A model generated the notes under the pieces. That model searched no databases and was not told the DNA's origin. It saw only the letters and a list, made by a program, of their open reading frames with translations. 64,000 nucleotides of DNA from Octopus sinensis (Eukaryota), in assembly GCF_006345805.1 (NCBI RefSeq), contig NC_043008.1, forward strand, positions 70,246,001 to 70,310,000. The letters are read 5' to 3'. Position 1 is the first letter of the stretch. Every line of letters begins with the position of its first letter. Positions 28,046-40,884 of this stretch are shown here, one piece after another. The position numbers were made by a program, and so were the translations under genes.

Positions 28046-28369
28046 TTATAGTATTGTGGCACAGATGTAGAATATGTACCTATAGTGTTATGACATAAAT
28101 GTATAACGTAGTAGTATGGATGTCCATTGTTCAGGTATGATCTTATAGTACGATAGTGGTAGAAATGTAGGGAGAGTATGCAAGGGGGCCAGAGTGCAGA
28201 TGGGGATCTTATTATGCATGGATCCTTCTCCTTCTTCTTGACCTCCTTCTCATGGGCCTTACCATACACCATACTAGTTCCTCAAAACCATTTCCATGAG
28301 AGAGCATGACTTACAGTATTGCACTCATCCTCATAATTTAACATCAACCTTCATTGTTGGAATGGTTTG

Positions 28370-28640
28370 ACTGGAACTGATGTGTCCAAGGACTAAATTG
28401 AGTGCCAATGTCAGCTTTGACATGTTTTTCTTTTTTTACAACACTATGTCCTTTCTAACACCAACCACTTTACAGCATGGACTGGGTGTTTTTTTATGCT
28501 ACCTGCACCATTGAGCTCTGAGTCAGGTGGGGAAGGTCAGCTTCATGCTTGGGGATTGGGGATGAGAGAATTGCTACGCGAAGGGAGGGGAAGAGCAGGT
28601 TCCTACAGAGGGCTTTGCATGGCTACCCACACCTAGCATG
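28370..28640 (-). mobile_element. RTE-tail repeat (family D)
   Basis: Contains ctaacaccaaccactttacagcatggactgggtg, the reverse complement of the family D core. Confidence 0.5.
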
Positions 28641-30229
28641 CAAAGAAAATATGACCTGCAATACCACAAGGTCTTTTCTTTCATAATGTCATTGATAGCA
28701 TTAACTTACAGTATGACCAATTCCATAGTTGTTGGAACTGACCATACTATATGACTGGTACTTATTATATCAGCCACTTTGAAATAGTAACATGAATCAA
28801 GAGTGGTTGTAGCAGCAGCAGCGACAACAGCAGCAGATTTGGGCCTCCGGTCAGGGATGGATTAAATAAAATTCTACAAAGACATTAATCCTCCTGCATT
28901 CGGTATTTATTTCTAATTTTAATTTCCATTCATGGAATCATCATTATATTCATTATAGTCATCATTATAACATCGTTATATTCATGCAGTATTGATTGAT
29001 TTCTTCCATTGATACATGGTCACAGATCAATTGAATTGTCCCAGTTCATGCAAAACTCTGAATCAATGAAAGGCATGTTGTTGTTATCATTGCTGCTGGA
29101 GTCATTGTTGTTCTTGTTGCTGCTGTTCTTCTTATTCGTGTTGTTTTTGTCTTTAATTTGTTGCTGTTGTTGCTATTGTCACTGCTGATATTGCTTAGCC
29201 CCATATCAGCACTGACTGAACAGACCTATGATCAAAGGTATTCTAGTCATGTCCCCCTCACACATGCACACATACACCTATCCTTCTCTTGGGTGGCAAT
29301 GCATATCTAGGACTGCATTATCTTCTGTGTCCCCCCCTTTTTAAGATAGAAGCTTGTAATAGGAGAGTCTGAAAACACATAAGGAATTCAAGAAAATACT
29401 TGTCAGGCATTGATTTCAATGCTCTATATTAACTATTCAACAAGATTCACTCCCTTTGATGCTAACTCTTCTGTTTTCATCTATAAATAGAAAACTAAAC
29501 TCAAAACCCTCGAATAATTTAGAAATCCCTGAGTTTATCAGTTTTAAACAGACAACACAATTCAGATCTCATTTTAATTGAAAAAAAAAAAAATTTAAGT
29601 TTCTTTCAATTTGAAATTTCATATTTATAAAAACCAGCCATATTTTCATAAATTGATACCAAGGGAAATATTTTAATAAATAAAAAACGCTAATTAGGAA
29701 TTTATTACCATATCACATGGCTACAAATCTGTGGGGAAGAAGTGAAGTTGATTAAATCTTCCCTAGTATTTTACTGTTATATATCAGCTTGAATCAAAGT
29801 GGGATATTATGTGCTCACCAAACCTACAAGAAACAACAGCTAAAATTCCTTTATCACCTAATAAAGAAAGGAAAATTAGGTAATATTAAGTTTAACAGGC
29901 CCTTATAAGGGTGCATCAGTTAAGTCTGGAATGCCCTTGTGGATAAACATGCTTGGTTTGGGCTGGCCTAGAGCTAAACAACAACAATAGTTGGTTGCTT
30001 CATTCATATTTACGCCTGCTTTTCCATGTCGGTATGGATTAAATGAGTACATATTATTGTGGTCTTATTTTCAAGATAGATGCCTTTCCAATCAAATTTT
30101 TATCAGTTTTTTCAAGTAAGGAAGTTTTATTCAAATCATCTTCAAACATGCAGAGATATCAGTTAAGCTCATTCCCTCCATCAAATCGACATTACCTGTA
30201 TAAGTGCACTGTGTGTCATATGTCAGATG

Positions 30230-30340
30230 ACAACATGATTGTAGAGCAATGTGACACAATGCAATGCCCAGTCTGGGAATCGAACCTAAGATCTCATAAT
30301 CGTGATTACAACACCTCAACCAGTAAGCTAAGTGCCTTCA
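30230..30340 (-). mobile_element. SINE family A head
   Basis: Reverse complement contains ggcacttagcttactggttgagg...ttaggttcgattcc, a B-box-like motif. Confidence 0.5.
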
Positions 30341-30422
30341 CGAATATATGTATATATATATATACACACGTTTATATATTTGTTTTGCAAAATTTTTGAT
30401 GTGAAATCGTGTGTTGAAACAG

Positions 30423-30691
30423 ATATTGTTGTATTTAGGAATGGTCATTTTGTCAGTTTAGCCAATAAAAACACACGCACTATATATTTGGTGTTAGTAA
30501 GGAGAGACACACAAACAAGAAAGAAGAAAGCAAAGGACCACTGATGTGGTCACAGGAGTGTGACGAAAGAACTCTGGCCGAAATAAGATTAAGATTAATG
30601 TAAAAAATAAAAAACGCTGAAGCAAAGTAACACCAAATATATAGTGCGTGTGTTTTTATTGGCTAAACTGGCAAAAGGACCATTCCTAAAT

Positions 30692-30701
<10 letters not shown>
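30423..30701. mobile_element. Foldback/MITE-like element with 74-bp inverted arms
   Basis: 30423-30496 versus the reverse complement of 30628-30701 gives 72/74 identical positions. The spacer is 131 bp and the element sits in TA-rich flanks. Confidence 0.85.
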
Positions 30702-30728
<27 letters not shown>

Positions 30729-30889
30729 GAGAGAGAGAGTTCAAATTTACAGAAAAGAAAAGATGAAGACAGGTGTAGAAACAGCAAGCAGGTGTATTAG
30801 TTTAATGCTCAGGAAGAATGGGAAAGTCTTTGATGTTTCGAGCCTCTGCTCTTTGACACAAATGATTGAGAGGAAAGTGTGTGTAAATA

Positions 30890-31075
30890 TTTCACTTCTT
30901 CCATTCGTTCGACTGTGGCCATGCCAGGGCATCAACTTGAAGAGTGTTGTTGAACAAATCAAACTCAGTACTTATTTTATCAGTTTCTCTTTGCTGAACC
31001 ATTAAGTTACAGTGATGGAAACAAACCAGCACTGGTTTTAGCAGTAGTGAAGGACAAACACAAAGACACATATAT
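30890..31075 (-). mobile_element. SINE family B 3' arm
   Basis: Matches the reverse complement of 27670-27861. Confidence 0.65.
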
Positions 31076-31112
31076 AGATAACTGCATACATACATACATA
31101 CACACACACATG

Positions 31113-31174
<62 letters not shown>

Positions 31175-31199
31175 AAAATAGATGTAATAGCAAGGGGAA

Positions 31200-31760
31200 A
31201 CTCGTTGTTTTCATTGGTACACCTTTAATTTAATTAGGAAACAAAGAAGAAGGAAGCTAAGATGAAGGTAGCATTTACGATTGTTTAGATTTACTTGTTA
31301 GGTGTATCGGTTATGTTGTGAAAATAATTGATACATATGTGATGGTAATAGAAGGAAAGATAGTAAGTCTTACGTTAAATTTTGTTCTTGCACTGGTAAT
31401 TTTGATAATTTTGCTGGGGAGAGGTTTCATTGCAATAGACTTGTTAGTTTCACTGGGCAATTAGAGCAGGATGAATATTATTTAGGTGTGGGTTTCCGAG
31501 TTTGACTAAGCGCATTTTATCACATGTGTGTATTAGATTTGTTTTTAGTCACCGGCTGTGTAAGTGAAGGGGGGGTAGCTGTAACTTACGGTGAAAAGAG
31601 AGCTAATCATATGAATATTGGACTAGGTAGGGTGGTTAAAATTGTATTATGGCTAAGACTTATATTATTACTAGAGTTTAAGAAGTTCTTAGTGTTATTA
31701 CCTACCCAGGTAATAACCAGGAGCGACTTTGGATTTGATTATCCCTTAGAGGTATTAAAC
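31200..31760 (-). mobile_element. Highly degraded Penelope-like fragment
   Basis: Minus strand has traces of the xSYSxxP and CxNCP motifs in the expected order. Heavily frameshifted. Confidence 0.35.
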
Positions 31761-31793
31761 TCCTAACTGACACCTACACTATATATATATATA

Positions 31794-31852
<59 letters not shown>

Positions 31853-33411
31853 ATTGATCAGGAACAACTAAATAGAATATGTTTAACTGAAGTGGTCAAA
31901 TAGCACAGAAACATGTCTATCTTTAACAACTAGATATACTGCAATCTAAATCGAGAAAATTCACCAGAGTTATCTCCATTACTTGTTATTTTTAGACATT
32001 GAATACACCTACTGGTAGCTTTGTTTACTAATCTCTTCAATAATCTTGGTTCATTGAAATTTTTCCTCAATATATTCCATACGTCAGACTTTTCCATTTC
32101 TGTATTTAGTATGCAGAACACACTGTTGATGCATTTTCCTTCAGCCATTTTGTTGATATGCTAAATTTAATATTATAAGAAGTAACATGTATACTAGATT
32201 ATCTAAAGAATATGGTGTCAAAGTGATGCTATAAATTTTCTTCTTGTGCTCATAAACCAACAGTGTAAAGGGTTTTGTGAAAGTGGATTTGAAAAGGTTT
32301 CACTGATTGGTCTCACACAGGAAATGGTAGAATTGTTTTATGCTGTTTTTCATATACTTTGCTTCAGTTACTTTCGTTCTTCTTATGTTCATTTTTTTCT
32401 TCAATCACATTTTCATACACACTTATAATGAACTACTTACACATATTTATATAAATATTTACTGCCAAACGCATATACACATACACACATGCACTCATAA
32501 ATACATGGATGCATACATAATACATACTACAAACATTCATACATATTTGTAAGTTTGTATGTGTGGGTGTGTATATATATATATTATATATATATATATA
32601 TAATATATATATATATACACACACACACTCAAATATACACAAAAAAACAAGCTTATATAAATAAATTGAATTGGATTATTTCATCAGTTCTTTAACCTAC
32701 ACTTGCCCCATCTCTTTTCCTCCTCCTCTTCATCAGCATCATTATTCTCAATCGTTTTAGCGACCAATTTTCCATACTTGCATGGATCAGACAAGGTGTA
32801 GGTAAATGAAACTGTATGGATGGTGTTGTTTGTTTTTAAGATATGCAGTTATTCTCAGACTTGAGACTGAGTCTGAAATGATTGCAGTAGAACAGACTCT
32901 GTTGATATAGCCATGTGATGACTGTACTGATGGTAGCAGTAGAACTGTAACCAGTACTATGAGCATAGAAATCAGTTATCAGTGGGTCCTCCAAACATTT
33001 ATTCCCTAAGAATCAATGTCAGTGCTTGTCCCTAGTCACTTGATCTGCTAAAAAACTAGTAAATTTTTTCCAAATGCAACGTTAACATTTTAATAAAGGA
33101 AGCACATTTTGGATATGGTAGGCTAAGATGTGCAAGGGTTAAGATTTAAAAAAGGCATAAAAAATAGATGGGATGATCACAGCTGGAATGTCACTGATTA
33201 TAGCAATGGCTAAATTAGGGGCCAATGTGTGTGAAGGGAAGAGACAACAACAACAGTAGCAGCAGCTACAATTATATTTACAGATATATCTTTATACACT
33301 CACAAACACACAAGCACGTGACTAAGGTATGTGTGTGTCTGCACTTATATTTATATGAATGTATGTATTGTAAAAGTGTGTGTATGTATGTATACACACA
33401 CACACTTTTAC

Positions 33412-33474
<63 letters not shown>

Positions 33475-33747
33475 TGTATGTATGTATGTATGTATGTATA
33501 TATGGTCGCTTTGTCTTTATGTCTATCATCTACTCCCCCATGGTAACTCCACCCTCTACCAACATGCCAAATATAAACTACATATCTATTGAAAAGATGC
33601 CAATACCTAATTCTTTAATTCCAGCCAAATATTCTTCAAGACGGTTTACCAATTTTCCTTTCAACTTACCTCATTTACATTATATATTTCAATTTTTCTA
33701 TTATTTTCTTTTATACATTAACTTAATTTTTATTCATGTATATATAG

Positions 33748-33824
<77 letters not shown>

Positions 33825-34019
33825 TGTAGATATGTGTATACATATATATCTTTATCTACATAAACACACACACACACACAAATATATATATATAGAAATA
33901 TAGATAGATAAATAGATAGATAGACACACACACAAAATGTGCATGTATATACACTCTTTTTCTTTCTTTCTCACATACACATAAATGTCTGTGCACATAC
34001 ATAATATATGCATACACGT

Positions 34020-35260
34020 CATCATCAGCAGCAGCATTTTTGCATCTGTCTTCCTAGGCTTGCATGAAGTGGATGGATTTTTTCCATTTCAGTGCCTTGC
34101 TACTTCATTCTGTGCCTGCCTTGGACTTCCTCTTCTTCAGGTCCCTTCCACTTGGTTTCCTTGGCACCTCTTTACCCGACTGTCAGTTTTCATATATCTC
34201 ACATATCTGTACCAGTGCAATCTTCTCTCTTGTATGCTGTGTCTTATTCCTCTTATGTCCAGTTTTTCTCATAACTCATCAGTGCCTTGTTGTTTATGCC
34301 CTCTTAACTTACACATCCCATGGAGCTTGCTTGTTTCATTTCTATCCAGCCTTCACATATCCCTCACATTCATTACTCATATTTCACTATCATGCAACAT
34401 TTCACTTCATAGACAAGTATCATATAATCTGCCCTTCACTCTGAAAGAGAATTTTTCTGTTGCATGGAGAAGTAATAGCATTGCTCATATCATTTTGGTT
34501 CAGGTTACTATATTTTCTCAACATTTTCCTTCTCTTGCTAATTTGACCTTCTTAAACAATAGTTCTCAAACTGATGAAAGCCAGGCCACCTCCTTCCCAT
34601 CTCCATCAAAATGTTTGGAAAATATCTGCCCCTCTCCTTCCTTATTAAGGAGAAGATAAAACCAGACATCATCCATAAAATTCTTCATTCTCCACCATGG
34701 TGTTCGGCAAATGTTAGGGGTTTAAAACCTGGCAATTTGTCCTGTTTTCAATCCTCACAACTACCCTTCTATTTGAAACCCCAGCTTATGTAAGAGAAGC
34801 TATTATCTTCTTTGGAACATCTCAAGCATTTTGAAAGAATTTATTTCATTAAAGCTTTTACTACTAAGTGCTCTTGCATCTGCTACATGTGAAGTCTTTA
34901 TTCTCTGTCAACCTGCATGTGATCCCATGTGATCCCACTATCTCTCTCTCTCTCTCTTTCACACTTTTAGTTTACAACATGTACACTGTACCGAGTACCT
35001 CCTCACCTTTTTCTATAAATCAAGCATGGCCACTTTCTTGATAGTAGTAGAGTTTTGCTTTCTATACTGCAAACTGAAATTTTTGTCATTGCTAGATTTA
35101 TTTTGAGGTTTCTCAATTCTAGGCTTTGCTTTTACATTTGGAATTTCTTTTCTAAATCTTCAACAGAATCAGCTATAGGATGTAGGTTATCAGCATACAG
35201 GAGTTCCTACAGACAATTGGTCTTAAACTCCTCTGTTATGGCCTGGAGAACTATAATATA
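34020..35260 (-). mobile_element. RTE-clade LINE fragment (reverse transcriptase to 3' tail)
   Basis: Minus strand at 35050-35260 reads VLQAITEEFKTNCL*ELLYADNLHPIADSVEDLEKKFQM*KQSLELRNLKINLAMTK (YADD motif). 34040-34480 reads RVKGRLYDTCL*SEMLHDSEI...EKLDIRGIRHSIQERRLHWYRYVRYM...VEGT*RRGSPR. It ends in a (TGC)(TGA) tail. Confidence 0.88.
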
Positions 35261-35830
35261 CATAAAAATTTATTTTGGGTTAATTTGGCTGTTTTTGTTA
35301 ACAGTTTTTATCTTTTTACTTAGTTTTGTTGCTGTTATCATTGTTGTTTTTACTATTGCTGTTTATATTGTTATTAAGATCTTTCTTTCGCTCGTTCTTC
35401 TTTCTTTCTTTCTTTTATTCCAGATAGAAAAAAAAATTTTAAATGACAATGCCATCAACTTTTAAATGTCCTCCCCGAAGCAAAAATAATTTCACATGCC
35501 TGGTTTTTTTTAAAATGTCTTTTATGATTTCTTTTTAAATCTCTTTAATATTGTATTTCTCTCGCTATCTCTGTGCCCCCCTCTTTCTCTCTCTCTCTTT
35601 CTGCATAAATATATATATTTCTATATCTCTGTGTGCCTTCTTCCCGCTTTCCCTCTCTCACTCTCTCTTTCCTTCCCCTCTCTCTAAATTTTTATATGAA
35701 CTCTACTGAGAAAAGAAAAATGATTGAAAAATATATATTAAAAAATAACAATCAGAAATGAAAACATTAACACAAACATATTGAAAATATTTTTTTTTAA
35801 ATTTTTAAAAGAAAAAAGAATTTTGAATTC

Positions 35831-35874
<44 letters not shown>

Positions 35875-36141
35875 ATGTATTCTGTTTCTCTTTAGTTTTA
35901 TCTTTTTTATTTAAATTATTTTGCGAAAAGAAAAAAGAAATTAAAATTTATACAATTTATTATATTTTGTTGCTGCTGCAGTTTATATTGCTGTTGTTGT
36001 TGCTGTTGTTATTGTAGTTGTTGTTATTTTTTTTCCATCTCTTTAAATATATTCTTCTCCGGTTGTGTTGTTGCTTGTAGACTTGTGAAAACCATTCCTG
36101 CTATTATTGATTTCTTTTGCATTTCGGTTTCTTCGGACTAG

Positions 36142-36168
36142 GCACCGGGCCAAATGTTATGAAGAGAG
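36142..36168 (+). CDS. Candidate 27-nt cassette microexon
   Basis: gatttcttttgcatttcggtttcttcggactag|GCACCGGGCCAAATGTTATGAAGAGAG|gtgggt. Frame-preserving; the phase-1 reading is (G)TGPNVMKR. CpG-retaining island in T-rich flanks. Confidence 0.4.
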
Positions 36169-37517
36169 GTGGGTAGATAGTAGTGGTGGTGCTGGTGGTG
36201 GAGGTGGTTTATGAATTGATTCAATTAGACTCCAGTATATTACTGGTTTGATTCAGGTCAGTTTGGTTAGAGGCAATTGACTCCTCTCTTCTGAAATTTC
36301 TTTATATTCCTGGCAGAAAAATGTTTCGAATTACGAAACGAAAAAATAAAAAATTGTTTTCGTCCATTAACACTGAACTAAATTTTGAAAGAAGGACTAA
36401 TTTTATTGTTATCTGCCTGACACAAACAAATTCAATGGTTCAATCTTCATTAGTGTAATAGCATTCCGTTTTTATCCTAGTTCAAACTTTGCTCAAAACA
36501 AAAATCAGATTTGAGGTGCATTTCAATAGACATTATTATAATATCACATAAATTTATCCAATTTTCTGCTGAAGGCCAACTTACACTAATTAATTAATAA
36601 AAAAAAAAACAGAAAAAAAAGGAGATTTGGAGAGGAATTAACCAACAAATATTGCAGAAACATACTAAAACCACCAACAATAAAGACTATTCTGTTTTCA
36701 CTTGAAACTAATCCACAGAAGAGGACAAATCAGATGCTGTTATAGTCAGGAATATAGTAGAAATGAATCTAAAAACCTAGTCTTCAGTGAAATAATAGTG
36801 TTCTGTTTTCACACAAGAACAATCTTTACTAAAAATAAGCAGACAAAAATTCAAGGCTGAGTGAAATTAAAAGATGTTACTGTAAAATATTTGGCACCAG
36901 CATGCATAGATATCGCTCTTGAATGAGTATGGCTTTGTAGTAAAGTGCCACAATTTCATTAATTGTTATAGGTGCTTAGTGTTGTGGAGAGGCAGAGATA
37001 ACTTCCTGGTGCTTCTGTTTTGGAATCATTGGGACAACAAGGTTGTAACTGCTAAAGAAACTACAGCTGCACCGGCCCTCTGCTGGTGCTCATTCTTAGC
37101 TGAGAATATGGGACCAACATGATATAAAGTACCTTACTTAAATACATGATGTACTGCTCAAACCAGGAATTGACCCACTCAGCTTATGATCAGGAGGTCA
37201 ATATTCTAACCACTAGGCCTTATATGAACTCACAATCTGGTACAAATGAATCCAAAGTGAGAGTCTTCAGTCACATGACAATGTTAATGATGATGTAGCA
37301 CTAATACTTGTTACATCAATTCTTCAAAGCATTCACCATCTCCTTCTACTATGTTCCAAACTCAGAAGTCCAAAATGATTACAGTAAAACCATGGACCTA
37401 GTATCAGTCAGTCCTAGGCATTTGTACCAAGCCCTTGACCTCTAAACCCAAGATATCTTAATTTTGTGAAGAGTATCTAATTTTTCTAGAAGTGATTTAT
37501 TCTCATTTGATACGAGA

Positions 37518-37712
37518 TCATCATTGTCATCATCAGCATCATCATCCACACCATCATCAGCATTATCAACACCATCATCACCTCCATCATAACCACCGCC
37601 ATCACCACTACCACAGCCGTCATCATCATCAACAGCATCACTACCACAACCATCATCGTCATCAACACCACCACTACCATCATCACTGCCAAAGCCATCA
37701 TCATCATCATCA
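37518..37712. repeat. Degenerate (CAT/CAC)n trinucleotide repeat, probably an expanded RTE-type tail
   Basis: Immediately followed by ttttagcattcatgcttctaggctggtatgggttgga, the reverse complement of the family D 3' end. Confidence 0.85.
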
Positions 37713-38289
37713 TTTTAGCATTCATGCTTCTAGGCTGGTATGGGTTGGATGGGAAAGACATTATTGATTGTGATCATTGTTGTGGTGGGATTAGTGTCAA
37801 TGTTAATGTTGGTGGTGGTAGTTTAATAAAGTACCCTGCATCATACCTAGAGATCAGTTGCTGAGGTCAGTCTAACCACCACTGTGAGGCACTTAACTCT
37901 CAGTGGCTCAGTCGTCTATGGGCCTCAGATTGGTAGAGTTCACAGTTATACACATGAGGGAACCATGATGGTGAAGTCGACTACAGTAGATCAGGAAGGA
38001 AGTCTCTGACAATCTGCAATTTTCACAGATTACAGTTCCAATGCTGCAGTTAAAACTCTTCAATTGACTTACATTGCAGATTGCTTTGGATCTAGTATAA
38101 ACATCACTTTATTCCATTTCCAAAGTAGATAACTGGGCATAAACAGCATTCACCCACATTTCATCCTTGCTCAAGTCACCTAAATCACTAGGGTTTTCAT
38201 TTTGTTTTTTTTTTCTTCTTTTTTTTTGTTTGGAAGATTTTAATTTTTGAAATATATATCTCATTTTTAAAGTATATATTTTACATCTA

Positions 38290-38629
38290 AAGGGTAAAGA
38301 CCCCCTTCGGTCATGTGTGACCATGGGTTTGCACCTAGAGAGTTACCCTCTGAGGCACAAGTCTGGGCAAGGTTGTTTTTATGGAAGACCAGCAGTCGCC
38401 CATGCATACCGGCCTCCCCTCTCCACGCCACCAGTGTTATCCAAGGGAAAAACAAAGGTCGATACAGCTTGGCACCTGTGACGTCGCAACTCATTTCTAC
38501 AGCTGAGTGAACTGGAGCAACGTGAAATAAAGTGCTTTGCTCAAGAACACAACACGCAGCCCGGTCCGGGATTCGAACTCACAACCTCACGATCGTAAGC
38601 TCGACGCTCTGACCACTGAGCCATGCGCC
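38290..38629 (-). mobile_element. Young intact tRNA-derived SINE, family A (tail type 2), with TSD
   Basis: Minus strand has the A box TGGCTCAGTGG, the B box GAGTTCGAATCC and the CORE-like gtgttcttgagcaaagcactttatttc. Flanked by the direct repeat TTTACATCTA at 38280-38289 and 38630-38639. CpGs are retained. Confidence 0.92.
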
Positions 38630-38763
38630 TTTACATCTACACCATATTTTAATCAGTATAGTTATTACACTGATCCATATCAGAAGCCTTATTCTTTGGT
38701 ATATATATACACACATATATATATATATGTATATGTATGTATATATATATAACTAAATGTATA

Positions 38764-38805
<42 letters not shown>

Positions 38806-39559
38806 CACACACACACGTATGTGTGAGTATACATAAGTACAAATGTGTTTTTGTGTGTGTGTATATATTTATATAGTCTCACCCAGATGCAAGACATTAA
38901 AGGAATATGTACAGAGAAATACTAAATTTGATGTGTGTGTGTGTACATACACACATATATATATATATATATATATATCCAGGAATAAGACCACTCCTAC
39001 CAAAAGTAATTGGTGTTTGAACATGTTGAAATATGGTGTAGATATAAATTTTTGAAAATTTATCTTTTAAAGATAACACTAATAATGTGATAGATGATAA
39101 TATCAAGTACAAGAATTTATACCAAATATTTAAATATTCAAGACTTGGAAAGAGTGGAAAACAAGCAAAATTATCTAGGATTATTTTGGACCTTACCCTA
39201 ATGGTTATCCAGAGTTCCTTAATTATTTCTTTGTTAGCTTCTACTGAGAAATTTAGAACCACAGAAAATCAGTAACATTTATAAGTATTATTTTAATGAA
39301 GACTCTAAATCTTACATGTATATCTTATAAACTCTACATTTTCTTAGGTACAGCACATATCTTTTTGTTTAGGGTGATTGGCTGAATGTGTGTCTATGTG
39401 ATGTATGTGTTGTACATGTATTGTGTGTAATATTAAGATGATGAGCATATGTTTTATTATGATTTTGTGGTAGGTGTGTTTGTGATCTAGTATGTATTGT
39501 ATTCAGCAGAGTGCATGTGAATGAGGATCTGGTGTGTGTGTACGTGTGTGATGAAATGT

Positions 39560-40440
39560 AAGTGTATTGACTCAGTTACTATATGGCTGTATTTATGTTG
39601 CTGTGCCATTTTCAGTGTTTGACTCATCTACATTACATATTATTAAATTTCACAACATTTACTTTGACAACCATATGGTGTTTGTTTGTTGTGTCTGTAT
39701 GGTTTGGAATCTCAGCTTGCAATTTTCAAGCACCAGTTGGTTGTGGACCACAAAAATTGGACTATGGTTTGTACAGCATTTAATGTTGCGAGTTGTGTGT
39801 TTTAGATTTCAAATCACTGTTTGTTACAGTATATGGTTTTGGATCACAGTATGTAGTTGTGCTTCACGCTATGTGATGATGGATCACAGTGTGGATCTGG
39901 GTCACAGTGTGTGGTTCTTATTCACACTGTGTGGATTTTGGTTACTATGTGTGTTTTTTATCACAGTAATTATACATCACAGTGTGTGATTGTGGATCAA
40001 AATGTGAGGGGTCCAAATGAATAATTATGGGTTATAATGTGTGCTTTTGAACTCGCATTGTGTAGTCGAAGGACCCATCGTGTGGATTTGTATTTCAGTA
40101 AATCACAGTGATTCACTGTATGTGGTTGTGGATTGGTGTCTGGTTTTAGGTAACAATGTATATTTGTCAGTCACAGTGAGTGGTTGTGGTTCACATTTCA
40201 TGATTTATAATCACAGATTAACGATTAAGATTGCAAGATCTGATTTACAGTTAAAGTGTTTTGATGTGGCTCATAAATTGTGGTTTTCGATATCAGGATA
40301 TGGATTACAATTTGTATATAATTTAAGCTTGCATTATGTTTTCTTTGCTCACATTGAGTGGTCTTCAATCACATTGAGTGGGCTTCAATCACATTGAATG
40401 ACCTTCAAAAACATTGGACGGTTTCTCCATCACAGATTGG
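39560..40440 (+). repeat. Degenerate ~20-nt minisatellite region
   Basis: Recurring tcacagtgtgtg(g/a)tt units; 40360-40430 has clear 20-nt tandem units cacattgagtggtcttcaat. Confidence 0.7.
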
Positions 40441-40884
40441 CATTTTCAGTCACCTGATATTATTTCTTTCAATCAGAAAAGCATCAATACTTTATTGATT
40501 ATACAAGATTATTAAATCAAGTACATGGCTTTACCAACAAAATACATTATGCACACACACACACACACACACACACACTGTGGTTTGGAACTTAGCATTC
40601 TGCTGTTTGGTTTGTTGCACCCATAATTTTTTTTTAAATTTCTGCTGCTATTGTTGTTGTTATTTGAAGATAGGGAGTAGAGCTAGACAGCTTGTATGAA
40701 GTACATATGTGTCTCAGAAGTGGCATTCTGTTTGTAATAATTCTATATTATAAAGACATATTTTCCACAGATGAAGAACTATGAAACCCTCAATCTGCCC
40801 AAATTCCACTTTTGCCAATAATTAATAAGAATATTCTAACACTCCAAAACTCTGAGGTCCTATTTAGATAATTTGGTTCTCTAT

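Noticed and set aside
33520-33700. LYTNxP-like motif suggesting a Penelope RT
   Set aside because: It needs a frameshift within the motif and has no supporting flanking motifs.
33985-34659. 224-aa plus-strand ORF
   Set aside because: It is the antisense of the RTE LINE fragment; the recognisable protein is on the minus strand.
37486-37767. Poly-His and poly-Met/Val ORFs
   Set aside because: They are a degenerate (CAT)n repeat continuous with an RTE-type 3' tail, with no flanking coding context.
37961-37990. EF-hand-like peptide NHDGEVDY
   Set aside because: An in-frame stop lies two codons upstream and there is no usable acceptor.
38540-38630. tRNA-like sequence with A and B boxes
   Set aside because: It is a SINE head: it continues into core and tail sequence and is bounded by a TSD.
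40360-40430. Regular 20-nt repeats that superficially resemble a CRISPR array
   Set aside because: They are direct tandem units without unique spacers, in a eukaryotic context with no cas genes.
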